Positions 38,441-51,521 of a stretch of DNA of 64,000 bases are shown here, one piece after another. Below the pieces are notes generated by a model. It saw only the letters and a list, made by a program, of their open reading frames with translations, ran no database searches and had not been told where the DNA came from. Each line of letters begins with the position of its first letter. The stretch's first letter is position 1. The translations under genes were made by a program, and so were the position numbers. Source of the stretch: Pecten maximus (lineage: Eukaryota); assembly GCF_902652985.1 (NCBI RefSeq), contig NC_047017.1, positions 27,652,001 through 27,716,000 on the forward strand, read 5' to 3'.

Positions 38441-40629
38441 TCGATAGTCTCGTTGTATGGCTTCGTAACAGACAAGACGAAAATATGCTGCGTATCATAA
38501 CTTATATGTGACTAAGTTTAAATATTTTCATGGTATAAATAATGTACATGTAGCCTATATAAAAGCGGACGGATATAATATGTGATGTACAATATGTGTT
38601 TATGAGTAATCATCGATCGCCGGGACTTTTGTTTAGATTAAGGGTTAAAATTGGGTGTATATAATTATATTTGCTTGCATAAAAGTGTAGTACGATACAT
38701 TACTCTTGTAGTTAAATACATTAGTTGGTTGGTGGACATTGTTTAATAAATTATTTGGTGGACATTGTTTAATAAATCAGTTGGTGGACATTGTTTAATA
38801 ATTGGTTGGTTGATGGACATTGTTTAATTAATCGGTTGGTTGGCATGGTTTGATAAATTTGTTGGGTGATGAAAACTGTTTAAAAAATTGGGTGGCTGAT
38901 GAGCATGGTCTAAGCAATTGGTTGGTTTATTAATTGCTTGGTTGGCATACAAAATTTGTATACGGGAACAAGAGAGAAACAAGAAAATAAAGTATAAAGG
39001 TAACATTATTATTTAAAATCAGAAGATGATAATCATGATGTGAATTGACCTCAAGGTATACATGATTACTAGTTATCTAATATACAAAGATTTCTAATGT
39101 ATAGTGAACTTTTGAAGTTCAGCAAGTTTTCATAGATCAGACATATTATATTGCAGAATCAGAAAGAACTATATTTGATACAAAATTTCGTTAAGTAAAG
39201 CCGGTACAATTGTAAGTATATTATATCGATATCTGTACATATATTTTATATTCATACGCGTTTCCAGAATAATTAGATTTTTAGGGTTTGGAGGAACGCT
39301 ATGCGAAAATAAGGCTGAAAGAAAATTCCGTATTATGCTGACTTGCTTTCACGATTAAACACATGTTTCTTCCGTCTAATTATTCAAAATAAAAAAAAAA
39401 AAAGCGAAATTTTAACTCACCTATCAGTGGTGTAATATATTCCTGGAAACACAGACAAATTTCCTCTGACAACTTGGCAGTATGGTGGTTTCACGAGAAA
39501 TGGTACGATGTTATGACTGCATTCAGGGTTTCCACATTCTACGTTCCTGTAATTAATTTCACAAAAACAACTCCATTCCGCTGTAAAAGGGCGTTCCTTT
39601 TGATGTTAAGCGCGTGTGTACTTAGCTGTTCCGACTGTACCGGCTTCCTTACAGGGTGGGACGGGTACGGGAGTGATAACTATTAACACACAAGCTCAGG
39701 AAACATACCTTAAAAACAACAGGATCGAGGTCACAAGTCATTAACGAGATACCTGTATAGAGATACATCTGAGGGCACCGCCCTATCTACCCCGCCCCTC
39801 CCACGTGTTGTTTTAGGGAACGCGTACTAATCCAACCGGTGGATTATCTCAGGTCTTTGATGTTACCAATTAACTAGACCCATTAAACATCACCAAACTT
39901 ACCAAAACAAAACTCACAGATAGCGATAATACAATAACGTATTATCTTAATCTATAATACGCGTTTCCGAATATTTTGTATAAAATATATGCGACGAAAC
40001 TATCTCACCACCGATGATTTTACATTTATTTCATTAGTATTTCTTTATTTCCTCCAAATTGAAGAGCTACAAAAATCATAATTTATTATTATGTGTGTGT
40101 AAATACATCAGAGATGAGTTAATAAATCTTGAAGTAGTTTAGTAACAGAAAATCATGAGGAATTTGTCTATAGCCTTAAAAAACGCCGCTCCTGACACCA
40201 AATATGGAAAAAAAAGTAATTAGTTCGCATTGATACTGTACGTACATTATCGCTCATGCAGTAGCAACATTTTGTCAATAATGATTGCTCTATGCAGTAC
40301 AAAGCTTACATAATCATATGGGGATAAATCTATAGGGAAGAAGTACATCAATTTAAAAATTATCATCAGACGAAGAGTGTAAAAACACACTAGATTCAAC
40401 TTCATAAGCCTTACTTATAAGACACCATAGATCGTCTCTAAGATTTTCAGTTTTTTTTATACAAAGAAGTACTATATATGTGTTATACGGTCATTTTGTA
40501 AAATACCGCAAAATTGACACAACTCAATAATATGTGTTGATCTAAGCAGAGACATGTATACCTGATATACACGTCTCTGGTCTAAGTCATAATCGAACTA
40601 CATTTGTACATATATATTGTTTATCTTGT

Positions 40630-41750
40630 TTAGATGATGCTGTCTATAAAATATGTGGAGAAATTACATCTTAATGAGCAAAAACCTTGTAAAATCGGAG
40701 TCGTTAATAATTATAAACAATTGACTTCCATAATGAACCACTTGGAAAATCTGTATCTGCAATACACTGCATAACTACCTAAACAAATCATACTTGAGCA
40801 GTATTTTCACAATATCAGGAATAAAACCATTTTGGCAGGACTCATTAAAAAGATACATCAATATAGCATAATTTCACGACAAAGACGTCCGAGATACTCA
40901 AGTTTTCTTATATCAGATGTAACCTTCTATTGAGGTCCAAACAACCAGTAAGGAGTTAGCCATATCAGTATTAATGTTTAATCCTTGAATGGATTTTTAC
41001 GATAAAATTTTGAGCGCGCTCTAATTTGATTAACTCAGTTATGGTCAGTCGGCATGGTTCACACCCGAAAAAGGGCGGACAGGAAAATTATAGCCTTAAT
41101 CACCTTTACAACTGTTAAAGGATTAAGGGTCGGAGGATGAGCACCATTTCGAACAAGATCAACTTAAAATTAAAAACACAGCAAGGTGCATGATGTTTTC
41201 AACAATTGGTGATGCTTTACAAATCATTTTCCAAGACTTAGCTTTTGTAAATTGTAACCATATCTTGTAAACCAACACTTGTGTTACTGATCAAACAGAT
41301 GTCATCCGCTTGTGTGAGGATATTGATATTGGTATCAATTACTAAAGCTCATTTTCCCGGCGATTCGACATCATTTATTAAATCTTTGATAAGGACCCCA
41401 TTGTAAGGATCCTCTCTTCATAAGACAGATGATGACTGGTGACCCTTAATGACGATATAACTTAAAAACCAGTATACATATTTTTTAATATAGCCCCTTA
41501 AATCTCATTTTGTACAGTTTGAGAAGCAACCCTTCAATATCAAAAGCTTTCTTGGCAAGTTGCTATCTAAAAATGCAACGAAAGATTCAGAGTCATTTTC
41601 TACATTATATCTCACACATTCCTGTAAATTAAAGGAAGTGCATAAACTTTATATGCAAATTTTTATTTCAGCCGATTGCTGTCTGTTTGGAAACGTTTCT
41701 GAATCTGGTAAAAAGTCAGGTATTTGATATTACCGATAAATTGGGCAATA
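40630..41750 (-). mobile_element. Decayed LINE reverse transcriptase fragment
   Basis: Minus-strand AFLD...KKAFD (frameshifted, ~41540-41580) and INILTQADDICLISNTSVGLQDMV (~41255-41335); boundaries approximate. Confidence 0.7.
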
Positions 41751-42200
41751 AAGACCCATTATTACGGAAGCGTATATAGGACATTTCCTCTCGTGTCATA
41801 TACACGCTTCCGTACATTATACATCACTGAACTTACCAAAACAAAACCAACACACAGATAGCGACACTATTCTAATTTATAATGCGAGCTTCCGAATATT
41901 TTGTATAAAATATACACGACGAGACTATCACGCCAACGGTCATCCATTCGCTCCCTCGTTCTGACTTACGAAATTGTACAGGGGGGATACCATCAATGTT
42001 TTAATTAGTATGTTTACCTTAGAAGGTTGATAGTCCTACTGCCAGAACTAATTATTTTAAATATTCGTTTGTGTACACGTTCAAATATTAGAAATGCCCG
42101 TAGTGTTGCTATTTCAAGCGAAATTACATGTACCTTCCGGATTTTTTCTTAAACCAATAATGATTTGGTACTTATTCTGTGATATACCTACTGTTAATAA

Positions 42201-42850
42201 AACAAGAGGCCCACGGAACTTAACGGCCATCTGACTCTAAAGACCCTTGTACTTTTGTAGTATGCATACTCAGTAGCAAGTATGATGGCACTGTTGGCCG
42301 TGGCAGGCTTAGCAGCCATCTTGGATTTCGGACTGAGCCCAAAAAATAACAACAGGACCATCTCAAGATCATTTCAGGTACACTTTGTTTAAGTTAGATC
42401 TGAATCCCATAGGTGGAACTTGAAAAGAAGTTTGAAATAGATGTTGTTCAGGAAAACTATGATTGCGCAACCATGTTACAAAATGGCTGTCGTGACTTCC
42501 ATGTCAAAGTTTTTAAGAAACTGAAAAAAATAGCAACACAATGTTGGCTCCCCTTCCTTAATATCCTCACGAATTACTAGCTCATTGACACCAGTGGAGC
42601 TGGAGAAGAAGTTTAAAGTGTTGTTTTTTTTTTCAAAATAGGTGCCATGGCGGCCATGTTGAATTTCAAATTGACCCGAAAAATAACAACACTTGGTCAG
42701 AACCATCTAAGGATCATTTCAGGTAAATTAGAGCTGAATCCCACTGGTGGAACTTGAGAAGAAGTTTGAAATAGGTGTTGTTCAGGAAAACCATGATTGT
42801 GCAAACTTGTTACAAAATCGTCGCCGTGGCTGCTATGCCAAAGTTTTTAA
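42201..42850 (+). mobile_element. Truncated copy of the 6100-7640 non-autonomous element, followed by a SINE-like fragment (~42890-42990)
   Basis: aacaagaggcccacggaacttaacggccatctgactctaaagaccctt start and the same internal repeat units. Confidence 0.8.
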
Positions 42851-43490
42851 GCGGTACAACATAGTAACACAAACGACGAAGGAAGACAAGTTTATGACTC
42901 GTACCCTGACCGGCCTCGAACTCACGATCTAAGACACCCGATCGCCTAGCCAGAAATACCGACAGCTTATACATGTACCACTGCGCCGTATCCACGTGTA
43001 TTTTAAGAAGTATAAATACAACACTTATATTAACCTAGATTTTCGTTGATATCTTTATATATGTTGATGCGGTGCCATATTGTAAGTTAGGCAAATAGAA
43101 CACATACTTATTATTGAATGATATAGGTTCTTTAGCCATACGCACACTTGTAAATAGCCTTCAATTTTATTACAAATATCACATGACCAACTTGTTCTCT
43201 AAATTCGAGTTCTGGTTAAACTGTCTTCTCTGTCTTAAAATTTGTCCATTTCCTGTGTATAGAAATATATCACAATGAAAATGACGTTTGATAAACTTAG
43301 ATACATATAAGCTGAGTAACGGGCCCGTCTGTGCTGCGACACTTTTACCTATTATTCAGTGAGGTAGACATCAACTACTACAAGGAAGCCCCGTCTACGA
43401 TTGTTGTAATGCCTGACCATTTTTTCATCAACGTTCCTTAACTTACAATTTCCATTGGGAAGCATTATTGCATTTAAGGGAAAACTGGGA

Positions 43491-46400
43491 CCGGTTATAT
43501 GTCTGATGTAATACCTGGTTATATGTCTGATGTAATACCCGGTTATATGTCTGATGTAATACCTGGTTATATGTCTGATGTAATACCTGGTTATATGTCC
43601 GATATAACACCTGGTTATATGACTGATGTAATACCTGGTTATATGTCTGATGTAATACCTGGTTATATGTCTGATATAACACCTGGTTATATGTCTGATG
43701 TAATACCTGGTTATATGTCTGATGTAATACCTGGTTATATGTCTGATGTAACACCTGGTTATATGTCTGATGTAATATCTGGTTATATGTCTGATGTAAT
43801 ACCTGATTATATGTCTGATGTAATACCTGATTATATGTCTGATGTAATACCTGGTTATATGTCTGATGTAATACCTGGTTATATGTCTGATGTAATACCT
43901 GGTTATATGTCTGATGTAATACCTGGTTATATGTCTGATGTAATACCTGGTTATATGTCTGATGTAATACCTGGTTATATGTCTGATGTAATACCTGGTT
44001 ATATGTCTGATGTAATACCTGGTTATATGTCTGATGTAATACCTGATTATATGTCTGATGTAATACCTGGTTATATGTCTGATGTAATACCTGGTTATAT
44101 GTCTGATGTAATACCTGGTTATATGTCTGATGTAATACCTGGTTATATGTCTGATGTAATACCTGGTTATATGTCTGATGTAATACCTGGTTATATGTCT
44201 GATGTAACACCTGGTTATATGTCTGATGTAATACCTGGTTATACGTCTGATGTAATACCTGGTTATACGTCTGATGTAATACCTGGTTATATGTCTGATG
44301 TAATACCTGGTTATATGTCTGATGTAATACCTGGTTATATGCCTGATGTAATACCTGGTTATACGTCTGATGTAACACCTGGTTATATGACTGATGTAAT
44401 ACCTGGTTATATGTCTGATGTAATACCTGGTTATATGCCTGATGTAATACCTGGTTATATGACTGAAGTAATACCTGGTTACATGTCTGATGTAACACCT
44501 GGTTATATGTCTGATGTAATACCTGGTTATACGTCTGATGTAATACCTGGTTATACGTCTGATGTAATACCTGGTTATATGTCTGATGTAATACCTGGTT
44601 ATATGTCTGATGTAATACCTGGTTATATGTCTGATGTAATACCTGGTTATATGTCTGATATAACACCTGGTTATATGTCTGATATAATACATGGTTATAT
44701 GTCTGATGTAATACCCGGTTATATGTCTGATGTAACACCTGGTTATATGCCTGATGTAATACCTGGTTATATGACTGAAGTAATACCTGGTTATATGTCT
44801 GATGTAATACCTGGTTATACGTCTGATGTAACACCTGGTTATATGTCTGATGTAATACCTGGTTATACGTCTGATGTAATACCTGGTTATATGTCTGATG
44901 TAATACCTGGTTATATGTCTGATGTAATACCTGGTTATATGTCTGATGTAATACCTGGTTATATGTCTGATGTAATACCTGGTTATATGTCTGATGTAAT
45001 ACCTGGTTATACATCTGATGTAATACCTGGTTATACGTCTGATGTAATACCTGGTTATATGTCTGATGTAATACCTGGTTATACGTCTGATGTAATACCT
45101 GGTTATATGTCTGATGTAATACCTGGTTATATGTCTGATGTAATACCTGGTTATATGTCTGATGTAATACCTGGTTATATGTCTGATGTAATACCTGGTT
45201 ATACGTCTGATGTAATACCTGGTTATACGTCTGATGTAATACCTGGTTATACGTCTGATGTAATACCTGGTTATATGTCTGATGTAATACCTGGTTATAT
45301 GTCTGATGTAATACCTGGTTATACGTCTGATGTAATACCTGGTTATATGTCTGATGTAATACCTGGTTATACGTCTGATGTAATACCTGGTTATATGTCT
45401 GATGTAATACCTGGTTATATGTCTGATGTAATACCTGGTTATATGTCTGATGTAATACCTGGTTATATGTCTGATGTAATACCTGGTTATATGTCTGATG
45501 TAATACCTGGTTATACGTCTGATGTAATACCTGGTTATATGTCTGATGTAATACCTGGTTATATGTCTGATATAACACCTGGTTATATGACTGATGTAAT
45601 ACCTGGTTATATGTCTGATGTAATACCCGGTTATATGTCTGATGTAATACCTGATTATATGTCTGATGTAACACCTGGTTATATGTCTGATGTAACACCT
45701 GGTTATATGTCTGATGTAATACCTGATTATATGTCTGATGTAATACCTGGTTATATGTATGATGTAATACCTGGTTATATGTCTGATGTAATACCTGGTT
45801 ATACAACTGATGTAATACCTGGTTATATGTCTGATGTAATATCTGATTATATGTCTGATGTAATACCTGGTTATATGACTGATGTAACACCTGGTTATAT
45901 GTCTGATATAACACCTGGTTATATGTCTGATGTAATACATGGTTATATGTCTGATGTAATACCTGGTTATATGTCTGATGTAACACCTGGTTATATGTCT
46001 GATGTAATACATGGTTATATGTCTGATGTAATACCTGGTTATATGTCTGATGTAATACCTGGTTATATGTCTGATATAACACCTGGTTATATGTCTGATG
46101 TAATACCTGGTTATATGTCTGATGTAACACCTGGTTATATGTCTGATATAACACCTGGTTATATGTCTGATGTAATACCTGGTTATATGTCTGATGTAAT
46201 ACATGGTTATATGTCTGAAGTAATACCTGGTTATATGTCTGATGTAATACCTGGTTATATGTCTGATGTAATACCTGGTTATATGTCTGATGTAATACCT
46301 GGTTATATGTCTGATGTAATACCTGGTTATATGTCTGATGTAATACCTGGTTATATGTCTGATGTAATACCTGGTTATATGTCTGATGTAATATCTGGTT

Positions 46401-46658
46401 ATATGTCTGATGTAATACCTGATTATATGACTGATGTAATATCTGATGTAATACCTGGTTATACGTCTGATGTAATACCTGGTTACATGTCTGATGTAAT
46501 ATCTGGTTATATGTCTGATGTAATACCTGGTTATACAACTGATGTAATACCCGGTTATATGCCTGATGTAATACCTGGTTATACAACTGATGTAATACCC
46601 GGTTATATGCCTGATGTAATACCTGATTATATGACTGATGTAATATCTGATGTAATAC
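43491..46658. repeat. 24-bp minisatellite (~130 copies)
   Basis: Unit ggttatatgtctgatgtaatacct; source of three spurious ORFs longer than 1000 aa. Confidence 0.98.
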
Positions 46659-47058
46659 TTGGGGAAATAAAACTCTAACATAGGATGTCTCCTCATTCTA
46701 AGACCTGGAATTGTTATCTTGTTGTTTCAGTGAAGATGTAAATGCAAAACAAATGTTGACAATGTGACTGAAGCCTAATTTAAAACATACATCTGTAATT
46801 CTGTTTAGCTCCCATACACAGTAACAACAATACAGATATTTACATGCTAGGAATGGTCAATAAACTCAGTTGTAAGAATTACAAATGTTTAATGTACAGA
46901 GTAACAGTTCTAGCACCACATATTTAACAGAGATCTCGTGTCCATACATGAGCAGTCCATTAAGCCTTCTCCAACAAACTTTATACACAACTAATTTATT
47001 GTATTCCGAGTGATATGTAGTTTCAGGTTGGTGCTGTAATACAGCTCCAAGGCCTCTA

Positions 47059-47237
47059 AGGTCACAGTCTGACGTGAGAAGGTCACAGTCTGACGTGAGA
47101 AGGTCACAGTCTGACGTGAGAAGGTCACAGTCTCATGTGAGGTCACAGTCTCATGTGAGGTCACAGTCTGACGTGAGAAGGTCACAGTCTCATGTGAGGT
47201 CACAGTCTCATGTGAGAAGGTCACAGTCTCATGTGAG
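47059..47237. repeat. 19/21-bp tandem repeat overlapping the PIGF stop codon
   Basis: ggtcacagtct(cat/gac)gtgag(aa) units, ~9 copies. Confidence 0.93.
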
Positions 47238-47345
47238 TTTAAATTTCCTAGATTTGTGATGATGTAGATAAAGGTGAGTAATTCCAACACCAAGTCCCAG
47301 TAAATAGCCAGCCAGGTTTCCAAGTACACATGTTATTGGCCACAC
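47229..47345 (-). CDS. PIGF: PIG-F, exon 5 (terminal)
   Basis: VWPITCVLGNLAGYLLGLGVGITHLYLHHHKSRKFKLT*; total 228 aa; AATAAA on the minus strand near 46996. Confidence 0.95.
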   Translation of the reverse strand: MWPITCVLGNLAGYLLGLGVGITHLYLHHHKSRKFKLT

Positions 47346-47761
47346 CTGTAACATACAAATCTCACCAGTAGTTATAATGACTAACACACAGCTTACAGGT
47401 AGACAGTTTTAGATAAAAAATAAATAGAACCCTTGGCAGGAACTTATCACTAAATGTGGTTGATTTTAACCGACTTGAACTTCTAATTAATATAATTCAG
47501 TTGATTTTTAGTTTGATAATGCCCAAATATGGTTGATGATGTCATAGCAATCTGGGAACAGAATGGACTAAAAGCTACAAGTGAAACCTTATCACCCTCC
47601 CCCTGCTGATTAACAGATTAAAACACCTACAGTCTCAAAATCTACAGTGCTGATCCCACAAATAATTCTGTTCTCAAAAGCATCTGATAAACACTGATTT
47701 ATTTATTTTACCTGTACAATAATACAAATCTTAAAAAATAAATTGCTCCTTTTGACCTTAC

Positions 47762-47870
47762 CTGCCAGGGTCTGTCCCAATCCAGAGGGATGGGCAAGGC
47801 TCCCAGCCATGCACCAATGACACTTCCAACTGACGAAATATATAGGATCGACTCAGCACCTAGGTCTGGA
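47762..47870 (-). CDS. PIGF: PIG-F, exon 4
   Basis: 109 nt, ending [18 protein letters not shown], the PIG-F/Gpi11 signature. Confidence 0.97.
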
Positions 47871-48137
47871 CTGTAACAAATATGTTTTCCATTTTCAGAG
47901 TGTACATTGTTTATACAGTAAAATCATTTTTATCATTTTAGACATAATATTTTGTTTTGATGCTCAGATGTTTATTGTGTAAATTCTTGTTTCAAACAGA
48001 TTGAAAAAAAAACCCTTACTAATATCTTATTATTTCTATTCTTTGTTTTTGGAGATATAACTCTTTGTTTAAATTACCATTATATATGTAATAGTCATTT
48101 CAATTACAAATATGTAGACAACACCGTGGACATTTAC

Positions 48138-48254
48138 CTATTTTGAGGGTACACTCTAACCCAGGCTGAGAAGTGTATACCTAGCACACACAGACTGGGT
48201 AGCACAGTGGTAGCACTCAACAGCAGGGCAAAGTGGAACGTCTCAGCCACAGAA
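48138..48254 (-). CDS. PIGF: PIG-F, exon 3
   Basis: 117 nt, phase 2/2, SVAETFHFALLLSATTVLPSLCVLGIHFSAWVRVYPQN. Confidence 0.93.
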
Positions 48255-48496
48255 CTGTAACATCACAAGATTTCAGTCAACATCTCCGCTACAGTTCATC
48301 CAGTCATGTCATCCCATGTCTTTACATACACTATAAGTACGCTATTCACAGATACAATTGGACACTATGTAAAATGTGACCATGACTTGCCAATGTAGTG
48401 GTCTGTAGTTGAGTGGCTGATTAGTTATCATAGAATGATCTATTGTGAGGCAGACAAATAAAATGAATTCATGACAGAACAGAAACCGAATCTTAC

Positions 48497-48588
48497 TTTA
48501 TAAATGGAGCACCAAACAGGACAGCTACACAGTGGAAGGTGACAGGTCCGATGATAAGGACACTACACACCTTCAATACACTTCTCAC
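48497..48588 (-). CDS. PIGF: PIG-F, exon 2
   Basis: 92 nt, VRSVLKVCSVLIIGPVTFHCVAVLFGAPFI (conserved LFGAP motif). Confidence 0.93.
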
Positions 48589-48736
48589 CTGAAATATAAC
48601 ATTGTAGCTAAATACATATTAGACTTTTAAGGAGATAATGATATTTATGGTTTATTTGTAGTTATGAAATAAAATACCACACTAAAATTACCCTGTTATA
48701 CCGCCAATTATTTAAAGTAATAATGTAATACTAGCA

Positions 48737-49430
48737 CCTTGTTACACTCTCATTTAATGAGGGTTCTGCTGTACAACCTTGTTATACTCTCATTTAATGA
48801 GAGTTCTGCTGTACAACCTTGTTATACTCTCATTTAATGAGAGTTCTGCTGTACAACCTTGTTATACTCTCATTTAATGTGAGTTCTGCTGTACAACCTT
48901 GTTATACTCTTATTTATAGAGTTCTGCTGTACAACTTTGTTACACTCTCATTTATAGAGTTCCGCCGTTAACCTTGTNNNNNNNNNNNNNNNNNNNNNNN
49001 NNNNNNNNNNNNNNNNNNNNNNNNNNNNNNNNNNNNNNNNNNNNNNNNNNNNNNNNNNNNNNNNNNNNNNNNNNNNNNNNNNNNNNNNNNNNNNNNNNNN
49101 NNNNNNNNNNNNNNNNNNNNNNNNNNNNNNNNNNNNNNNNNNNNNNNNNNNNNNNNNNNNNNNNNNNNNNNNNNNNNNNNNTAGAGTTCTGCTGAGTTCT
49201 GCTGTACAACATTGTTATTCTCTCATTTATAGAGTTCTGCTGTACAACGTTATTATTCTCTCATTTATAAAGTTCCACTGTACAACCTTGCTATACATGT
49301 ACTCTCATTTATAGAGGTATGCTGTAAACCTTGTTACATTCTCATATAATGAGAGTCTTGTTGTACAAAACTGTTACACTCTTATTTTATGAGAGGTCTG
49401 CTTTACAATCTTGGCAAACTCTCATTTCTC
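48737..49430. repeat. ~40-bp minisatellite spanning an assembly gap
   Basis: gagttctgctgtacaaccttgttatactctcatttaatga on both sides of the N run at 48978-49181. Confidence 0.9.
48978..49181. other. Assembly gap (N run)
   Basis: Run of N characters. Confidence 1.
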
Positions 49431-49497
49431 AGAGTATTGACACACTCCTTTGTTACAAATGTAGAAGGACATTTATACAGTGTTATAGGGTCACCTA

Positions 49498-50215
49498 ATG
49501 AGTGACCAGGGAGTAATGAGTGTCCAGGGAGATATTTTTCACGCCCAGGAATTCGTTAATGAAGATTTTTTGATAATTTTTTCTGTAACGTACATATTAT
49601 CCCATTATCTACCACCATGCAAAATCTCACTTCGATCGGACCAGTGCATATTATGAAAATGCACCGATGAAGTTGCAGTGCAGCGTGCACTCGGAGTGTC
49701 CCGGGCGTATTTTTCATTTAGTATTATGCACTCGTCTGATCGAAGTGAAATTTTGCATGATGTTAGATAAAGGTATAATCTGTATGTTACAGAAAAAAAT
49801 ATCAAAACATCTTCATTAACGGCTTCCTGGGCGTGTAAAATACGCCCTGGACACTCAAATGCATGCTATAATGCACATTCAATGGTGCATTTCTGTATTA
49901 TAAAATCATTCGATCGAAGTGAAATTTTGCATGGTGTTAGATAATGATGTCATTAATATGTTACAGAAAAAAATATCAAAAAATCTTCATTAACGAATTC
50001 CTGGGCGTGCAAAATGTCCCTCGACACCCGAGTGCACGCTGCACTGCAACTTCAGAGGTGCATTTCCGTATTATACAATCATTCGATCGAAATGAAATTT
50101 TGCATGGTGTTAGATAATGGTCACATAAGTATGTTACAGAAAAAATAATCAAAAACTCTTCAATAACGAATTCCTGGGCGTGCAAAATGTCCCTGGACAC
50201 TCCCTGGTCACTCAT
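49498..50215. mobile_element. Foldback/MITE-like element with inverted arms of ~180-bp units
   Basis: atgagtgaccagggag...gtgtccaggga versus tccctggacactccctggtcactcat; one forward and about three inverted internal units. Confidence 0.85.
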
Positions 50216-50493
50216 ATGTATATTCATAAAAACAGAGTGATGTATGCTCTTACAGAAATAACCCTAATAGCAATTTCAAGTTGCAAGTTAAATCACAAAT
50301 ATAAGTTATACAGCATTTTCTACCATTTAAATGTGTCGGGGGTTGAACACGCGTACAATTTTTAGCTCACGGGTTCGAATCACGGTCTGGCCGTGCATTT
50401 TTCTACTTCTCTTACACCATAAGGGTGTGTGGAAGGGCAAACGCATATCGTTGACAATCATACAATCATAGAATATGCACCAAGTATACTTAC

Positions 50494-50745
50494 TTTAAAT
50501 GTGGCAGATTTAGTCTGTGCGTACTTAGGAACTACGACTGCATTCACTACGATTTGAAATGACGTTAAGATAACAATCAGCGATTTTACAGCAGTAAGGC
50601 ACTCATTTACAATGTCAATGGGTAAATTTGTGTTCACTGGAACATAAACAATCAAAGTTATTACTATTATTAGTACCAAATGCGTTCGGACAAGTAAATT
50701 AACAGTGTCTTTGTTTGGAAGCCGCAAATTCATGGGCGCAGACAT
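50494..50745 (-). CDS. PIGF: Phosphatidylinositol-glycan biosynthesis class F protein, exon 1
   Basis: ATG at 50745, 84 codons with hydrophobic segments, donor GTAAGT at 50493. Confidence 0.85.
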
Positions 50746-50900
50746 CTTGAATTTGTGTTTTCTCCCTCCGCACGAAAAAGAGCGATGTAATCGACACTTT
50801 TTTTGTTTACGGAAAAGGCCGAAAGTTCCCGATAAGTATTAGACAATGCATACGTCACTTCCGGACCTAAGTCAAGTCAAAACAAATCCATGTGAAATCG
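50746..50900. promoter_or_regulatory. Probable bidirectional promoter shared by PIGF and FBXO48
   Basis: Divergent genes less than 300 bp apart; overlapping ACGTCA and ETS-like ACTTCCGG motifs at 50852-50864. Confidence 0.6.
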
Positions 50901-51323
50901 TCATGATCCAGCTTGCATCTCCTTCACATTTTTGTCTGAACAACTCTACACAGCTATATAGTTCAGAGGGTTATATTGCATGCCGGAGCCATTTTCCATG
51001 TGCATGATTGCCAGAAATACATCGTAACACATTATTCCAAGGTAAGACTATAAACTGCCACGCCCCCATTTTGACAGCTGACGGGAAAATCCACAATGTT
51101 GACGTTTGCAGTATAATTAGAATAATTATTGCGTCGATTGGACTTATATCATTACTTTCATATTTGCCTATGGAATAGTATGCTTATTGGATTTAAACCC
51201 CGTCGAAATAATATCTGAGACATGTATACTTGTTATATTTCTGAAAAAAAAATCTTTCCAAATAGTGCTCATTTGGGGAATGGTGATGTGAGAGTGACAT
51301 CAAGTCCGTCTTCAGATGACAGA

Positions 51324-51521
51324 ATGAGGGACCTTCCTCCTGAGCTACTGTTACAGATCTTCCAACACCTGAATGCAGTCGATCTGTGTAGTGTGGGGAC
51401 AGTGTGTAGTCACTGGAGTTACGTCAGCACATCAGACATTCTGTGGAGGAGGCTGTGTGATACTCTGGAGATGAAGTTGGATCTAGTGCGCAACGACCGA
51501 GCACTTGGATACTCCTGGAAG
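51324..51521 (+). CDS. FBXO48: F-box only protein 48, F-box exon (start codon uncertain; exon begins at 51266)
   Basis: MRDLPPELLLQIFQHLNAVDLCSVGTVCSHW...LWRRLC...GYSWK, an F-box followed by the FBXO48-like GYSW; donor AAG|GTAAGG. Confidence 0.88.

Noticed and set aside
43352-46696. Three ORFs longer than 1000 aa
   Set aside because: Products of a stop-free 24-bp unit read in several frames on both strands; no domain or splice context.
48952-49212. ORFs containing X runs
   Set aside because: Assembly gap.
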